A stretch of 64,000 nucleotides of DNA from Octopus vulgaris (lineage: Eukaryota). Under the pieces are notes generated by a model. That model was not told where the DNA came from and made no database searches. It saw nothing but the letters and a program-made list of their open reading frames with translations. The stretch is taken from assembly GCA_951406725.2 (NCBI GenBank), contig OX597842.1, positions 3,534,001 to 3,598,000 on the forward strand, given 5' to 3'. This document shows, piece by piece, positions 1 through 13,420 of this stretch (the stretch's first letter is position 1; every line of letters starts with the position of its first letter). Position numbers and translations under genes: made by a program.

Positions 1-264
1 GGCTGGCTCGTTTTAAGCGCCAACATATAAAGAAGCCAGTAAGCCCTTGACGTTTGCAGGCTTCCATAGTTCTGTGGTATAAACAGCGCGAAAGACAAGT
101 GATATATACAGCCGTAAAGATATCAATCTGTTTATATAGCCAAGGTGGCGGTGACGGGATAGCGATGGCGGCGGTGGTGGTTGGCGGGATGTGAATCGGT
201 TTCTCTTTTTTGTACTGTAAGATTGTAAACGACTTTGACACTATCACATACAAATACATTAAGA

Positions 265-282
265 TATACGTATGTATATATG

Positions 283-348
<66 letters not shown>

Positions 349-353
349 CACAC

Positions 354-422
<69 letters not shown>

Positions 423-476
423 TATATACATACACATATATATATACATATATATATATGTATATACATATTATAT

Positions 477-517
<41 letters not shown>

Positions 518-530
518 TATATACATACAC

Positions 531-565
<35 letters not shown>

Positions 566-570
566 CATAT

Positions 571-635
<65 letters not shown>

Positions 636-718
636 CTGTGTGTGTACCTGGACGTATGTATGTATATATACTGTATATGTGTATGCATTCATACATACAT
701 ATGTACATATATATAAAT

Positions 719-776
<58 letters not shown>
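265..776. repeat. (TA)n/(TACA)n/(TG)n compound microsatellite, representative of dozens of such tracts in the window
   Basis: Directly visible; source of the YI/CV-rich spurious ORFs. Confidence 0.98.
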
Positions 777-778
<2 letters not shown>

Positions 779-1092
779 CGGTGTCTTATTTATGTTTGTC
801 TACCAGATACACACCCACATAGACGTTAGTGTTTGTCAAACATTTGATTGCTACACACCACCAGAAACACTAGAACCACCACCACAACAACCACCAACAC
901 AGCTACCACCACCATCGTCATTATCAGCAGCGTCATCATCATCTTCCTCTTATTATGATTGCATCGTCTTTGTATATATGTATATATATATATATATTTA
1001 ATTTTATTTGTTAGGGAATCAAAATTCCGGCATAACAGGGGTTCAAATTAAAATATAGTTTATAGTATCAAACTATGAGAAAGTGATATAGA

Positions 1093-1187
1093 GGCCTGAT
1101 GATTGGGGTTATATTTTAAGAATGGTTCCAGCAACATGCGGTGTGGTTAAGGAACCGGGAAATGTACCTCAAGAAACACGTGTAGCC
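1093..1187 (+). ncRNA. Type I hammerhead ribozyme motif, Penelope-like-element (PLE) style, with long stem II
   Basis: ggc-CTGATGA-TTGGGGT...ACCTCAA-GAAA-CACGTG-TA-gcc: canonical core, 7-bp stem II with inner GGTTCC/GGAACC helix, palindromic stem III, GUA triplet, stem I ggc/gcc. Confidence 0.75.
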
Positions 1188-1259
1188 AAGTTATAAGTAG
1201 TAAGTATTTAAATTTAAATTCTTTTATATGGTGGGATGAAGGGACCTACTATCTCTAAA

Positions 1260-1315
<56 letters not shown>

Positions 1316-1374
1316 CATATATATAATACATATACATATATGAATGTACACTGTATTATATATATAAATATAAT

Positions 1375-1995
1375 ACAGTTTACATTTAATCACATTAAGA
1401 TATATTATTCATAGGACTCCCTTACACTAGAAGGAACAGCTAAAGTCCAAACCGCTAATTAGGGATAAAATCTCGACGGGAATGAAAAATAAAAACATTT
1501 ACCATCTATTTCCTGGACCATGGTTTGACATTTTTTTAGCAAATAAAATAATTTGCCAGGCGAAGTCTTCATCAACAGGTATGCCAAGATTAAACATATA
1601 AGTATGAGGTGAATCCAGCATGTGCCTCTTGCTTATACATTTTAATTTTTCATTCCCTTCGAGATTGTATCCCTAATTAGTGGTTTGACCTTTAGCTGTT
1701 CCTTCTAAGGGAGTCCTATGATGGACACCTCATAATGTGTTTAAATGTACTCTGTATTTTATATGAATAATATATAGTATATTGACTAATTTTTCTATAC
1801 GCTAGGCACTGGTAATAAAAATTTCTAAAATCTTTATTACCCTGATATTATTAATTATGTATAATGATTTCTGGAAAATCTTTCGAAGAAATTGCCGGCA
1901 TATTTTTTGCTGACGACAAAAAACTGCGCTTACGCGGTGGATTTCAAAAATTAGAATGTATAAGCAAGAGGCACATGCTGGATTCGCTTCGTACA
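1375..1995. mobile_element. Fold-back PLE-like remnant with inverted repeats and a degenerate hammerhead at 1512-1579 (-)
   Basis: 1410-1495 is inverted at 1645-1720, and 1611-1650 is inverted at 1946-1986. Minus strand reads cctg-TTGATGA-AGAC...GTC-[G missing]AAA-CCATGG-TC-cagg. Confidence 0.6.
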
Positions 1996-2039
1996 TACAT
2001 ATATATATATATATACATGTGTTCCTCCCGCAGGGATTC

Positions 2040-2460
2040 CAACAATCACCCTCCTCACCAAGCAAAGGTAGTGGGTTTGCCAGTTTCGTTGCGGAGGACC
2101 CAGCCATGAAACAGGTTGTACTGGATTACATGTTACCAATAGCACTCAAGAGCGACCTGCGCTCAAATCTCATTTGGGAAGCCAAGGAAAACGAATCTCC
2201 ACCAACTATTCTGCCTATATATCTGTGCACACCGTTCAACGCAATGTGTGCCAGAAATCTGCAAATCTAACGGAGATTTTAAGATCCAGAAAGATTAGAA
2301 TTTAACTGCAGTTCTTGGTAGTCCAAATCGGATATGCAACCTATGTGGGTGCCTTTCAGAACATTGTCTGGTTTAAAAAGCCACATCAGATGACATGACG
2401 GTTCTAAGGTGAAGGTACAGTACGTGGTCAAAGACTGCATAAGAAGTAGACAACCACCGT
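2040..2460 (+). mobile_element. Degenerate 3' end of an RTE-clade LINE with C-terminal C2H2 zinc-finger remnants
   Basis: With frameshifts reads SDLRSNLIWEAK...NVCQK/ICKSNGD...[19 protein letters not shown], like the RTE terminal CxxC...GLxSHxRxH. Confidence 0.6.
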
Positions 2461-2494
2461 GTATATATATACACACATGTATATATGTGTGTAT

Positions 2495-2621
<127 letters not shown>

Positions 2622-2871
2622 CATACATACATACATACATACATACATACATACATGCATACATACGTGTATGCATACATACACACATACATAAGTACAT
2701 ATATATGACGAACTAACTGTTACTTTCTCAGATACAGCACGGATTTTTGTCAGTGAACAGGTCGCGGTCTTAAAGCGACGAAAATATTTTGACAAATTAA
2801 ACTTAAATGTTGAAGTGAATCGAACGGTTTTTGTGTGTTTCTTAAATGGCTTACAAACACCTTCCACGCTG

Positions 2872-2911
<40 letters not shown>

Positions 2912-3287
2912 TATTTATACTATTTATACATTAATTCCCTTCGTTTTTAATCGGCAGAGGTTACAAGGTGGCTCTGTGACTAAGAGCTTCGTGAATAACA
3001 TATATCACGTGTATATGATGCATATATACACTGACATGTTTATGTCTGCTGGTGTGTATAAATATGCATATGCATAAATGTGTATGTGTAAGTAAATATG
3101 CATGTATATACTCAAATCTGTATGTATGCAGACGCACATTCATGCACGGATGCATTTTTATGTCCATGTATGTGCACATATATACATATACATATATATA
3201 TGTATATATATATATATATATATATACATATGTGTATATATATATGTGTGTGTGTGCACATATATATGTGAGTGCGCGCTCACGCAT

Positions 3288-3318
<31 letters not shown>

Positions 3319-3325
3319 AAAATAT

Positions 3326-3367
<42 letters not shown>

Positions 3368-3467
3368 TATATATATGCATAAATATCTATATATGCATAT
3401 GTATGCACGTACATACACAAAATCTGTTATACACGCATATTTAGTACGTGTATATATATAATATATA

Positions 3468-3596
<129 letters not shown>

Positions 3597-3995
3597 TGCC
3601 ACGTGGCACGCACACACACACGGTTCAGTATACACCAATTCCAACTCGGTCGACTAACTCAACCATCCACTCACTCCCCCTCTTCCCACACCCCACACCC
3701 CGTCTCCCACTTTCTCCCATCTACACTTCTCCCACCTCCTCCTCTCTTCCACCCTCCCCTCACCACCTATATCTCTCTATCTCCCACTCCCTCCCGATTC
3801 CTCGTCTCTATTAGGGCCATTTCATATATTCTTTATTAATCTTTTATGGTTTGTTTGGAACCATTAATCTTTGAGTTCCATTCCATGTCTTATCACTTCG
3901 ATCAAATGGTATTAGCTGTGTTTGTCAGTACCGTTTCCATTTGAGATGAGAATCATTGTAAACAGCATTATATCTGTCTGATTATTATAGTTTAT

Positions 3996-4043
3996 GGCCG
4001 CCATCTTGCCAGACGCTGTGCACTAACACTTCCGGTCCACGTG
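3996..4043 (-). promoter_or_regulatory. YY1 + ETS + E-box motif cluster
   Basis: ggccgccatctt (YY1, 3996-4007), cacttccgg (ETS, 4027-4035), cacgtg (4038-4043) in unique sequence. Confidence 0.35.
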
Positions 4044-4153
4044 CCAATGAAGGAGCTTTTATGCGTTCGTGTGTTTTGCTAGATATAGCAGCTAAATCTC
4101 CCTGAAAACACGCACTAAGAGATGAGGACTGATATACTGAATATACTGGATTA

Positions 4154-4384
4154 GGCGGTGAGCTGGCAGAAACGTTAGCACGTCGGGGCGAAATGCGTAA
4201 CCGTATTTCGTCTGCCGTTACGTTCTGAGTTCAAATTCCGCCGAGGTCGACTTTGCCTTTCATCCTTTCGGGGTCGATAAATAAAGTACCAGTTACGCAC
4301 TGGGGTCGATGTAATCGACTTAATCCCTTTGTCTGTCCTTGTTTGTCTCCTCTGTGTTTAGCCCCTTGTGGGCAGTAAAGAAAT
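4154..4384 (+). mobile_element. Full-length tRNA-derived SINE with Meta-domain-like core and 13-bp TSD
   Basis: A box (tggcagaaacg) and B box (gagttcaaattcc); core gcctttcatcctttcggggtcgataaataaagtacc; TSD atatactggatta at 4141-4153 and 4385-4397. Confidence 0.9.
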
Positions 4385-4397
4385 ATATACTGGATTA

Positions 4398-5175
4398 TGT
4401 GTGCCTAGGTTTCATGCAGATAGAAAAAAAGGCGTGATGGTCATCGCTGGAACATCTCTTGATCATACGTCTGCAGGAGCAAAAATGATCTGGACCTAAA
4501 CAACAACGAGAGCCAATAATACTAATTATTATACATACATTACATAATGTAGTCCTAGATACATTGTGTCAGAATAAAAGATAGGATGCTCCCAGATGGA
4601 ACGTCTATGATCATTGGTCTGCAGGATTAGGACTGGCCTGGGGCTAAACAACAATGGTGCAGACATAATGTATCTAGGACTACATTAGGAAATGTAACTT
4701 TAGATTGCACTGTCTGTATAGATGGGATGGTCACATCTGGAAGATTATTGATCATTGGTCTACTGAGTCGGGACTGACCCGGGGCTAAACAGCAACAGCC
4801 ACTAATACATTGGATAATATAGTCTTTGATACGTTATGTCTGAATAAAAGATGAGATGGGTATAGCTGGAATAACTTTGATCATTGGTCTGCTGGATTGG
4901 GACTGGCCTGGAGTTAAACAACAACAATAGCCACCATTGGTAACTACTCTACTATACATTAGATATTGTAGTCCTAGATACACTATGCCTGAATAAAAGA
5001 TGGGGTGGTCACAAGCGAAATATCTATGATCATAAGTCTGTTGGATCTGGACTGACCTGGGGCTAAACAGCAACAACAGCCAGTAATACTATCTACAATA
5101 TTATACATTAGATAATGTAGTCCTAGATACACTATGCCTGACTAAAATGGTACAAATACAGCTGGAATAACTTTA
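4398..5175 (+). repeat. Degenerate tandem array (about 5-6 units of 120-150 bp) of a dispersed-repeat tail
   Basis: Recurring tacattagataatgtagtcctagatacac...gatggtc...gatcattggtctg...gggctaaacaacaac; further copies at 29460-29730 (-) and 50050-50330. Confidence 0.8.
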
Positions 5176-5666
5176 ATGATCTTGTCTTTTTAGTTTCATC
5201 ATATGCAGCCATAGATACAAAGAGGTTTGATACTGAATATGTGGATGTGAACAAATGTAATGTCATATTAAGATAATGGACTGAAGTTTATAACCGAAGC
5301 AACGTGTGTGTGTCTGTGTGTGTCTGTCTTAATGCCTATGTTGATCCACACCACCGCTTGACAACCAAGACTGGTATGTTTACGTCCCTGTAACTTAGCG
5401 ACTCGACAAAACAGATCGGTAAAATAAGTACCAAACCTTAAAATGCTGTCGTCGATTCGTTCGACAAAAGTTCTTTCAGAAGAGTCTTATAATGGTCGCA
5501 GTCCAATGACTGGAACAAGTAAAAGAAAAAGAATAAAGACAAAATCATTGTTCTGTAGGAATTTATTATTGGTTGGTGGACATTCGCTCGCTTCAGCAAA
5601 TAATCTGTTTGCTAAACCAATAAACAAGAGTTACTAACTCTTGGTAAATTCACTAAGGCGGAGTAA

Positions 5667-5712
5667 CTTCACTGAGGGGACACAAGAGTGTCGAAACACC
5701 GGATGTCTCAAA
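5667..5712 (+). ncRNA. Degenerate hammerhead motif
   Basis: CTGAGGG-GACAC aaga GTGTC-GAAA-CA ccgga TG-TC; A9 substituted and stem I broken. Confidence 0.45.
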
Positions 5713-5764
5713 GACACCTGACATAAATGGACGGTTTGAAAGAAGTTCTTCTCCAATTACGAAA

Positions 5765-6026
5765 TAATTCGAAAAGCTCTATCTGCGGCGATTTCATCTC
5801 AATCGAAGGAGAGGGGCTTTCTCCATCCGGGTTGTGGATCCGTGGAATAAGCTGCCAGACGAGATAGTGAAGATGCCGACGACCGCTCAGTTCAAAGACT
5901 CTCTTGACCAGAAATGGCCTGAACTCTTTGCATGAACACCCTCCCTGTACATAACTCCATGTACCCCTACATGGCCTTGCTTTTTGCTTTTTGAGCCCAA
6001 AAATTAACTTAACTTAACTTAACTTA
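5765..6026 (+). mobile_element. CR1-clade LINE 3' end with (AACTT)n tail
   Basis: KLYLRRFHLNRRRGAFSIRVVDPWNKLPDEIVKMPTTAQFKDSLDQKWPELFA* matches the CR1 C-terminal FSxRVVxxWNxLP...FKxxLD motif; short-repeat tail follows. Confidence 0.88.
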
Positions 6027-6151
6027 GAACAGTGATTAGTAAATTCACGTTCGAGCCTACCGTACGTATTAAAACTGAATATGCAAATCATCAAGTAACT
6101 CGTATTGTAGCTCAGAGTTGAGCACTTGTTTAAAAACACCTATTTTTAATG

Positions 6152-6191
<40 letters not shown>

Positions 6192-6270
6192 TTTGATACT
6201 TTGATAGATTTCGGCCATTATTGGCCCAGGCCATGTCTAACTTAATAGCACCACCTGTATATATATATAT

Positions 6271-6454
6271 TCTTTTATTTGTTTCAGTCATTTGACTGCG
6301 GCCATGCTAGTGCACCGCCTTTGGTCGAACAAATCGACTCTAGGACTTACTCATTGTAAGTCTAGTATTTATTCTATCGGACCTTTTTTCCGAACCGCTA
6401 AGTTACGGAGATGTAAACACACCGATATCGATTGTCAAGCGATGGTGCGGAAAA

Positions 6455-6460
<6 letters not shown>
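6271..6460 (-). mobile_element. 3' half of the major CORE-like SINE family
   Basis: tgtttcagtcatttgactgcggccatgct... matches the full copy at 50347-50742; similar halves at 5300-5535, 9045-9190, 33760-33935, 39520-39725. Confidence 0.85.
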
Positions 6461-6518
<58 letters not shown>

Positions 6519-6529
6519 CATTTCAATAT

Positions 6530-6728
6530 GTGAGCACGTGTGTATCGTTGGCGATTTTCTTTCTCCGTCTTCCCTTCCTTGTACTTTTCCTTTTTCTATA
6601 TTTCTGACGAAGAGCTCCCCTCCAAACGTTAAATCCTCCTTCATTCCTTCTTTCCTAAGCGTCCAATAGCACTATACTTGTTCCACGTCCTCGCGTTGTG
6701 TTTTCTCTTTGTGTTTTCATGTTTGGAT

Positions 6729-6733
<5 letters not shown>
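6530..6733 (+). mobile_element. PLE-like family A fragment with mutated hammerhead
   Basis: Homologous to 13320-13502 and 15920-16123; CTGACGA AGAGC...CAAA (G12 changed to C); ends ttggattaac + (TA)n. Confidence 0.7.
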
Positions 6734-6760
<27 letters not shown>

Positions 6761-6766
<6 letters not shown>

Positions 6767-6978
6767 GGGTTGCTGTAAAGTTCCCGACTTTGGGGAAATA
6801 AAATAGAGAAGGATCAGTTAATTATGATTTTATTCAATATATTCCACTCTTAGATTCACGCTACTTATTGAAGCGAACCTTCATTTTTCTAAGCTCTGTA
6901 AAAGAACTTAGAAGTTTACGCCTCCAGCCAGGCCTTTCGCGACACCCTTAAAACCAGGAACGTTTCAGTACCCCTCGC

Positions 6979-6979
<1 letters not shown>
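6761..6979. mobile_element. Mariner-like MITE
   Basis: Imperfect TIRs tatgaagggttgctgtaaagttcc / ggaacgtttcagtacccctcgca, set in microsatellite. Confidence 0.6.
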
Positions 6980-7011
<32 letters not shown>

Positions 7012-7319
7012 CATACATACATACATACATACATACATACATACATACATACATACATACATACATACATACATACATAGGTTTTATGATAATGAATGAG
7101 TGCAATATAAAACATTTATTTCGTCCGTTCACGAAACAATATTGTTTTTAATAAAACAAACTGAGAGCGAGGCTAGCTTTATGCTGTGAACTGTTAAGTA
7201 GAGAAATTGTCTCGATATATAAACACACTGACACGCTATAGATAAAGATGGACGGAGAGACAAAGAGAGACAGCATTAGAGACAAGGTAAGATACATGGT
7301 TAGATGCATAAATCTATAG

Positions 7320-7620
<301 letters not shown>

Positions 7621-8460
7621 AAACCGATAGACATGAACAGAGAAAAAGAGAAAGAGATAGACAGACAGACGGGTAAATATTCATATGTAGATATATAGAC
7701 AAATAGTCCGAAAGAGTGATGGACAGATAAGTACATAGAGAGAGAGATGCACATATAACTCGACAGATAGATGTAAAACCATATAGGCAGATAGATACAT
7801 AGATAGATGGACATATAGCCACACAGATAGATAAGTAGGTGGGTGGGTTAGTGTTAACATATTGAAGATAGAAAGGGAGCATTAAAATGTTTAAAGTCTA
7901 TCCATAATTAATCCAATCAGACAGAAGCTCGTTAACATGTTATATTCTGCAATAAAATGGTGCTAAGAAGTGGCACTAAAACCATTTCCTTCTTGAAGAG
8001 ACTGTGAAGAATGATTGGAGAATCGTCAATTGGCTTTCGGAAATTTATGATCCGAAATATATAAAGAAACAGTTAAATGGTATATACGAAAATATCTTTA
8101 ATAAGATAACTAAAAATGGAGGCAAGTCGTATATATCTGTGCGTTTGTGTGTGGCTATGTTAGTATGTGTGTGTATATATATACACACACACGTACACAT
8201 ATATTATATGTTTACATACATACACACGCACACATATATATGAACAAATAAAAGTGCATATGTACGTATATATATATATATTTACATATATATATGTACA
8301 TACATGTATATATATGTGTATTTAAATTAATATATCTACATAGTTACACACTTTCTGTATATATGTATATATATATATATACGTGTATGCATATGTATAA
8401 ATATATATACACATATAAGTACATATATAAGTGCGTAAATACATACGTTATGTATGTGTG

Positions 8461-8563
<103 letters not shown>

Positions 8564-8595
8564 TTATATATACATATATATATATATATATATAC

Positions 8596-8836
8596 TTTAT
8601 TTAAAGCAGCAGAGAATTCAACAAAACCTGTTACTCTGAGTTTCACATTCTCGTTCGTCAGACAGTTTTTGCTAGCAATTTTCTGCTGCTTTACTGTCCG
8701 ACGAACAGGAACGGGAAACTCCAAGTAACAGGTTTTGTTGAATTTCTGCTGCTTTTAAATAAAACATATTACTCTACCCTGGTATTTGAGTACTCTTTTT
8801 TTCCACCTTGTTTCACATTTATGTGTTTACTCCGGT
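8596..8836. mobile_element. Palindromic PLE-like element (family B) with a hammerhead on each arm
   Basis: Arms about 8596-8665 and 8694-8764 are inverted; unique tail follows; (TA)n on both sides. Confidence 0.75.
8628..8665 (-). ncRNA. Minimal hammerhead ribozyme, canonical core
   Basis: ctgt-CTGACGA-AC gagaat GT-GAAA-CTC a GAG-TA-acag; mirror copy at 8694-8731 (+) has CCGACGA. Confidence 0.75.
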
Positions 8837-8944
8837 ATATATATATATATATATATATATATACTCACACTTAAATACCCACGTGTATAAATATATATAC
8901 ACACATAAATACATATATACGTACGTAAATACATACATAATGTG

Positions 8945-8990
<46 letters not shown>

Positions 8991-9554
8991 TCACACTTAA
9001 ATACTCATGTTTATGCAGGCGTGTATGTGTTTCCATTCTCTTATTCTTTTATTGATTTCAATCATTTGACTGCGGCCATGCTGGAGCACCGCCTTTAGTC
9101 GAACAAATCGACCCCAGGAATTATTCTTTCTAAGCCTAGCACTTATTCTAACGATCTCTTTTGCCGAACCGCTAAGTTACAGAGGACATGTTTTATATAT
9201 ATGTTTATTTCTGTATATGTGTATATATTTATTGATATATATATGTGTGTGAGAGCGAGAGAGAGATAGAGAGAGAGAAGAGAAAGAAAGAGAGAAAGAA
9301 TGTGTGTGTGCATGTGTGTGTGTGTATGTGTGTGTATTAGTCATATAATGCATCTTCGTTACAATCTCCGAGCATAAATTTTCATTTGTGACATAAACTG
9401 AACTTCAAAGTTCATCGAATTAACTTGTAAGTGGCTGAGTACTCCGTAGACACGGGTACTCTCAACGTAATTCTCAGACAGAACTGTCGTGACAGTCTCT
9501 AAACAACAGCAAAATCCACTCGCTGGTTACTCTTTCTAAAATAATGTTGATGGG

Positions 9555-9958
<404 letters not shown>

Positions 9959-9993
9959 ACAACAACAACAACAACAATAATAATAATAATAAA

Positions 9994-10553
9994 AGCCCTG
10001 ATGATGCAGTACCAGACAGTAGCTCTGATGGCTTCTGATCTTAACTGATTGGAAGTGCTATCATGTACATTGTTTTGTCTTGGTATAAAAGATGGGCCAC
10101 AGCAAATATTCTGCTCAATACCACAGATTTGCCTGTCAGTTGTTTGACCTTAACCAGTTGAGCATGTCCCTTGGGTGGGTGATGATATGTGCATCTCTGA
10201 TCACGAGCAGAAGTAGTGGGGGAGCATCCTAGCCGTGTGTTGAAAGGAATTCTTTGGTTTGGATAATTCACCTTTGGAAACATGGGTGGTTCGTTCAAAA
10301 TCCTTAAACAACCCCTTATTCAGGGACCTTTTGAGCGGGATGGGTTACTTGACCAGAAGAAAATTCTAACTGGGCCCCACCTGCAAGGTCATGTGCTGTT
10401 TATTTTGATATGAGATCACGATGTCGTGCGCACATATGGTTGTGATGCATATGCCTGGTGTACCCTTATCAGACGGGTAGTCATGATGGGTATACTGGGT
10501 TTCGTATATTTTACCCCAATGTCATTTTGATGGCATGCACTGCTCTCTCACTC
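9994..10553 (+). mobile_element. About 560-bp dispersed non-autonomous element flanked by (AAT)n
   Basis: Highly similar reverse-complement copy at 36142-36698 with the same termini (gccctgatg... / ...ctctctcactca); short fragment at 20035-20080. Confidence 0.85.
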
Positions 10554-10620
<67 letters not shown>

Positions 10621-11559
10621 GATGATGATGATGATGATGATAATAATAATAATAATCCTTTACAATATACGTGCAAGAACCGAAATTTTGTGAAGAGGGG
10701 CTAGTTGATTACATCGACCCCAATGCTCAACTGGTACTTATTATATCGACCCCCGAAGGATGATAGACAAACTCGACCTCACCAGAATTTGAACTCAGCA
10801 GGTAAAGTATCGTTGTGTATGTATGTCCGTATACCTGTAGTTTATTCTCGTGTCCGTGTATGTGCTGTATGACCGTTGTATAACTGTATGAAATATGGCG
10901 GCTTCTGTTTGTGAATGTGCGTGTATTTGCGTGTATTTATATGCTTATGTGTAAAATACGTGCACGTATTGTGGCGTGTGCGTATGTGTGCACGATTGTA
11001 TTGTGTGTATGCCTTAGTTTCTGTGTATGTTGGTGCGTGGGTGTGGATGCTTGTCTGTGATATATATACACACACACATACATATATATATAACTTCTGT
11101 TTGTGTGTATATGTATGTGTGTCTGTCGATGTATGTAGTGTATGTATGTATGCTTCTATTTGTGTATATATGTGTCTATATGTGTGAATGTATGTGCATG
11201 AGTGTGTGTAGGTATGTGATGTATATATGCTCCTGTTTGTTTATTTGTGCGTGTCTGTGTGAGTGTATGTGTGTGTGTGTGCGTGTGGGCGTATGCTCGT
11301 GTGTGCTGCGTGTGTGTGTGCGTGCGTGCGTCTGTGTGTGTGTGTGTGTGTAAGTGTGTATGCGTGTGTGTGTGTAAAAATTTTGCCAGTATATCTATAA
11401 TTTCAAATTAATATCTGTTTGATCACCAATAACCGAAGAACTTGCTCAAGGCTCTAACTGCATTTTTAAGGTTTGGTAAATTCTTTAAAAATCTCGAAGC
11501 TGTGCAAAACAACAAACGATAATTATGCAACTACTACGACTACTACTAGTTCATATGAG

Positions 11560-11882
11560 CTTGCTAGAAACATCAGCCAAATCTCTCGAATCACACCCTA
11601 CTGTCCTATGTATGTATATAAGTATGTAAGAGCCAATGCAGGAGACTTCATAATAGCTAGATCTGGTAGAAATAGCAGCCAAATCTCCCTCAAATCACAC
11701 CCTACTCTCCTATGTATGTATGAGCCAATGAGGGAGACCACCACATGGTAGCTAGATCTGGTAGAAATAGCAGCCAAATTTCTCTCAAATCGCAGTCCAT
11801 TGTTTATGAACCGTATATATGCACAAGCCAATGAAAGAGACTGCTGTTTGGTTGCTAGACCTGTTAGAAATAGTAACCAAAT
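11560..11882 (+). repeat. Tandem array of about 95-110-bp units
   Basis: Unit gagccaatgagggagacc...gctagatctggtagaaatagcagccaaatctccctcaaatcacaccctact; second array at 13578-14085. Confidence 0.85.
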
Positions 11883-11969
11883 GTACGTGCATATGTATAT
11901 ACGTATGTATGCATGTATGTATGTATGTATGTATGTACGTGTGTGCGTGTATGTATGTATTATGTGCAT

Positions 11970-13020
11970 GATTTTTTTATAGTTTTAAGTTCTTACCAGA
12001 ATTCAAGCGGGTTAACAAGGTGACAAAACTGTTTGAGTTCAGAGAGTTCTGGAGGTTTCTAAATATCTGGTTGCGTTGGTGTGCTAACCGAAATGCCGAA
12101 ACGTCAACTGTGTGCATCGATTCACATAAGAATCTCAGATGGAGAATTCTTGAAATCTTTCTTGTGTTACCAATAGATTAGATTTAGGGACTCTGCGTCA
12201 GTTTCTTTTGCTCTTCCTCCGAGAAACCTTGTAGTTCTAGGTTCTTGTATAAATTTGCAGGTTCAAAGCCTAATGGTCGATACAAATGGGAATTTATAAT
12301 TAGGGTAGAAAAGCTACAAGTTCTGTATTGATTCGCCATAAACGTTCTCTTTTTCCTGGACTTTTGATTGTTCATTGAAATCTGTTCGGCAGCTGACCTT
12401 CACAACAGAGCATGCCCTTTGTTCCCTGTCCCACAGAACAATTTATTTATTTATGCGCCCTTTTCAAGCCTAACCAGGCTCATGGGCCCGGTTTCCTGGT
12501 TTCTGTGGCGTATGTGTTCCCCTCAGCTGGACGGGACGCCAGTCCATCGCAGCGTTACTGAAGAAACAGGAAGAAAGAGTGAGAGCACCCCCTGCCGGAT
12601 CCTCGTGGAGCTTTAGGTGTTTTCGCTCAATAAACACACACAACGCCCGGTCTGGGAATCGAACCCGCGATCCTCCGACCTCGAGTCCGCTGCCCTAACC
12701 ACTAGGCCATCGCGCCTCCACACAGAACAATACCAGGTCTGTTATGTTTGCATAGAATTAATGTTTTTATTCGAGTATTCTATTACAATTCCTTGTTTCT
12801 GAAGGTGTAAATACCTGCTGGTTCTGACATGCCTTTGATGTAAACGCCAGGGCAGTCCTTCCTGTGAATAGTGTTATAAATATTCATTGCATCTATATCA
12901 TGCTTCAGGGGCAGGTAGCATCACGCAGACATTTGGGAGCAGCTGATGATGATGGGGTGGGGGGATATTTTCTATAATGTTTATAGTAGAGAAGACCTTT
13001 TCTTTCACTATCACTGTGCA
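11970..13020 (-). mobile_element. Degenerate 3' part of an RLE non-LTR retrotransposon (R4-like), interrupted by a SINE
   Basis: IIISCSQMSA*CYLPLKHD...KEL**NTRIKTLILCKHNRPGIVLW|DREQRACSVVKVSC...KENVYGE...NLELQGFSEEEQKKLT is colinear with the 32913-33303 peptide. Confidence 0.8.
12443..12720 (-). mobile_element. tRNA-derived SINE with V-like tail and 11-bp TSD
   Basis: Head tggcctagtggttaggg...gggttcgattcc; segment gcgatggactggcgtcccgtccag; (TAAA)n tail; TSD cacagaacaat at 12432-12442 and 12721-12731. Confidence 0.9.
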
Positions 13021-13024
13021 TGAA

Positions 13025-13281
13025 TGTATGTTTTTCATTGAATTTTATTTAAGGTTTTCTTAAGAAGGGTCAAGTCGGTCACTAACAAAGCGAAAAGACA
13101 TTTGGGGTTAAAACAGGTCCCGGTGTTTGTAAAGTTGTGGTTAAGATCGTGTGTTGGTTGAACTATCGGTGCACACATCTGTTCACCTAAGGAATCTCAG
13201 ATGGAGAATCTTTGCAATGTCTTACAGATCTTCACTGTGCCACTAACAGATTGGATTTGGAGAAGCCGCGTCAGTTTCTTA
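13025..13281 (-). mobile_element. 5'-truncated RLE element, same family as 11970-13020
   Basis: KKLTRLLQIQSVSGTVKICKTLQRFSI* plus 3' UTR; (TACA)n at the 5' junction and catacat at the 3' junction. Confidence 0.8.
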
Positions 13282-13420
13282 TGTATGTATGTATGTATGT
13301 ATGTATGTATGTATGTATATAGTTAATCCAAACATGAAAATACAAAGAGAAAACACAACAATGCGAGGACGTGGAACAAGTATAGTGTTATTGGATGCTC
13401 AGGAAAGGAAAGAAAGGAAG

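Noticed and set aside
1-220. TATA-like boxes and GC-richer start of window as a promoter
   Set aside because: Truncated context and no downstream gene evidence
9998-10004. CTGATGA as a hammerhead core (also 1910, 12943, 19783, 51767)
   Set aside because: No stem II/GAAA/stem III; mostly part of GAT repeats
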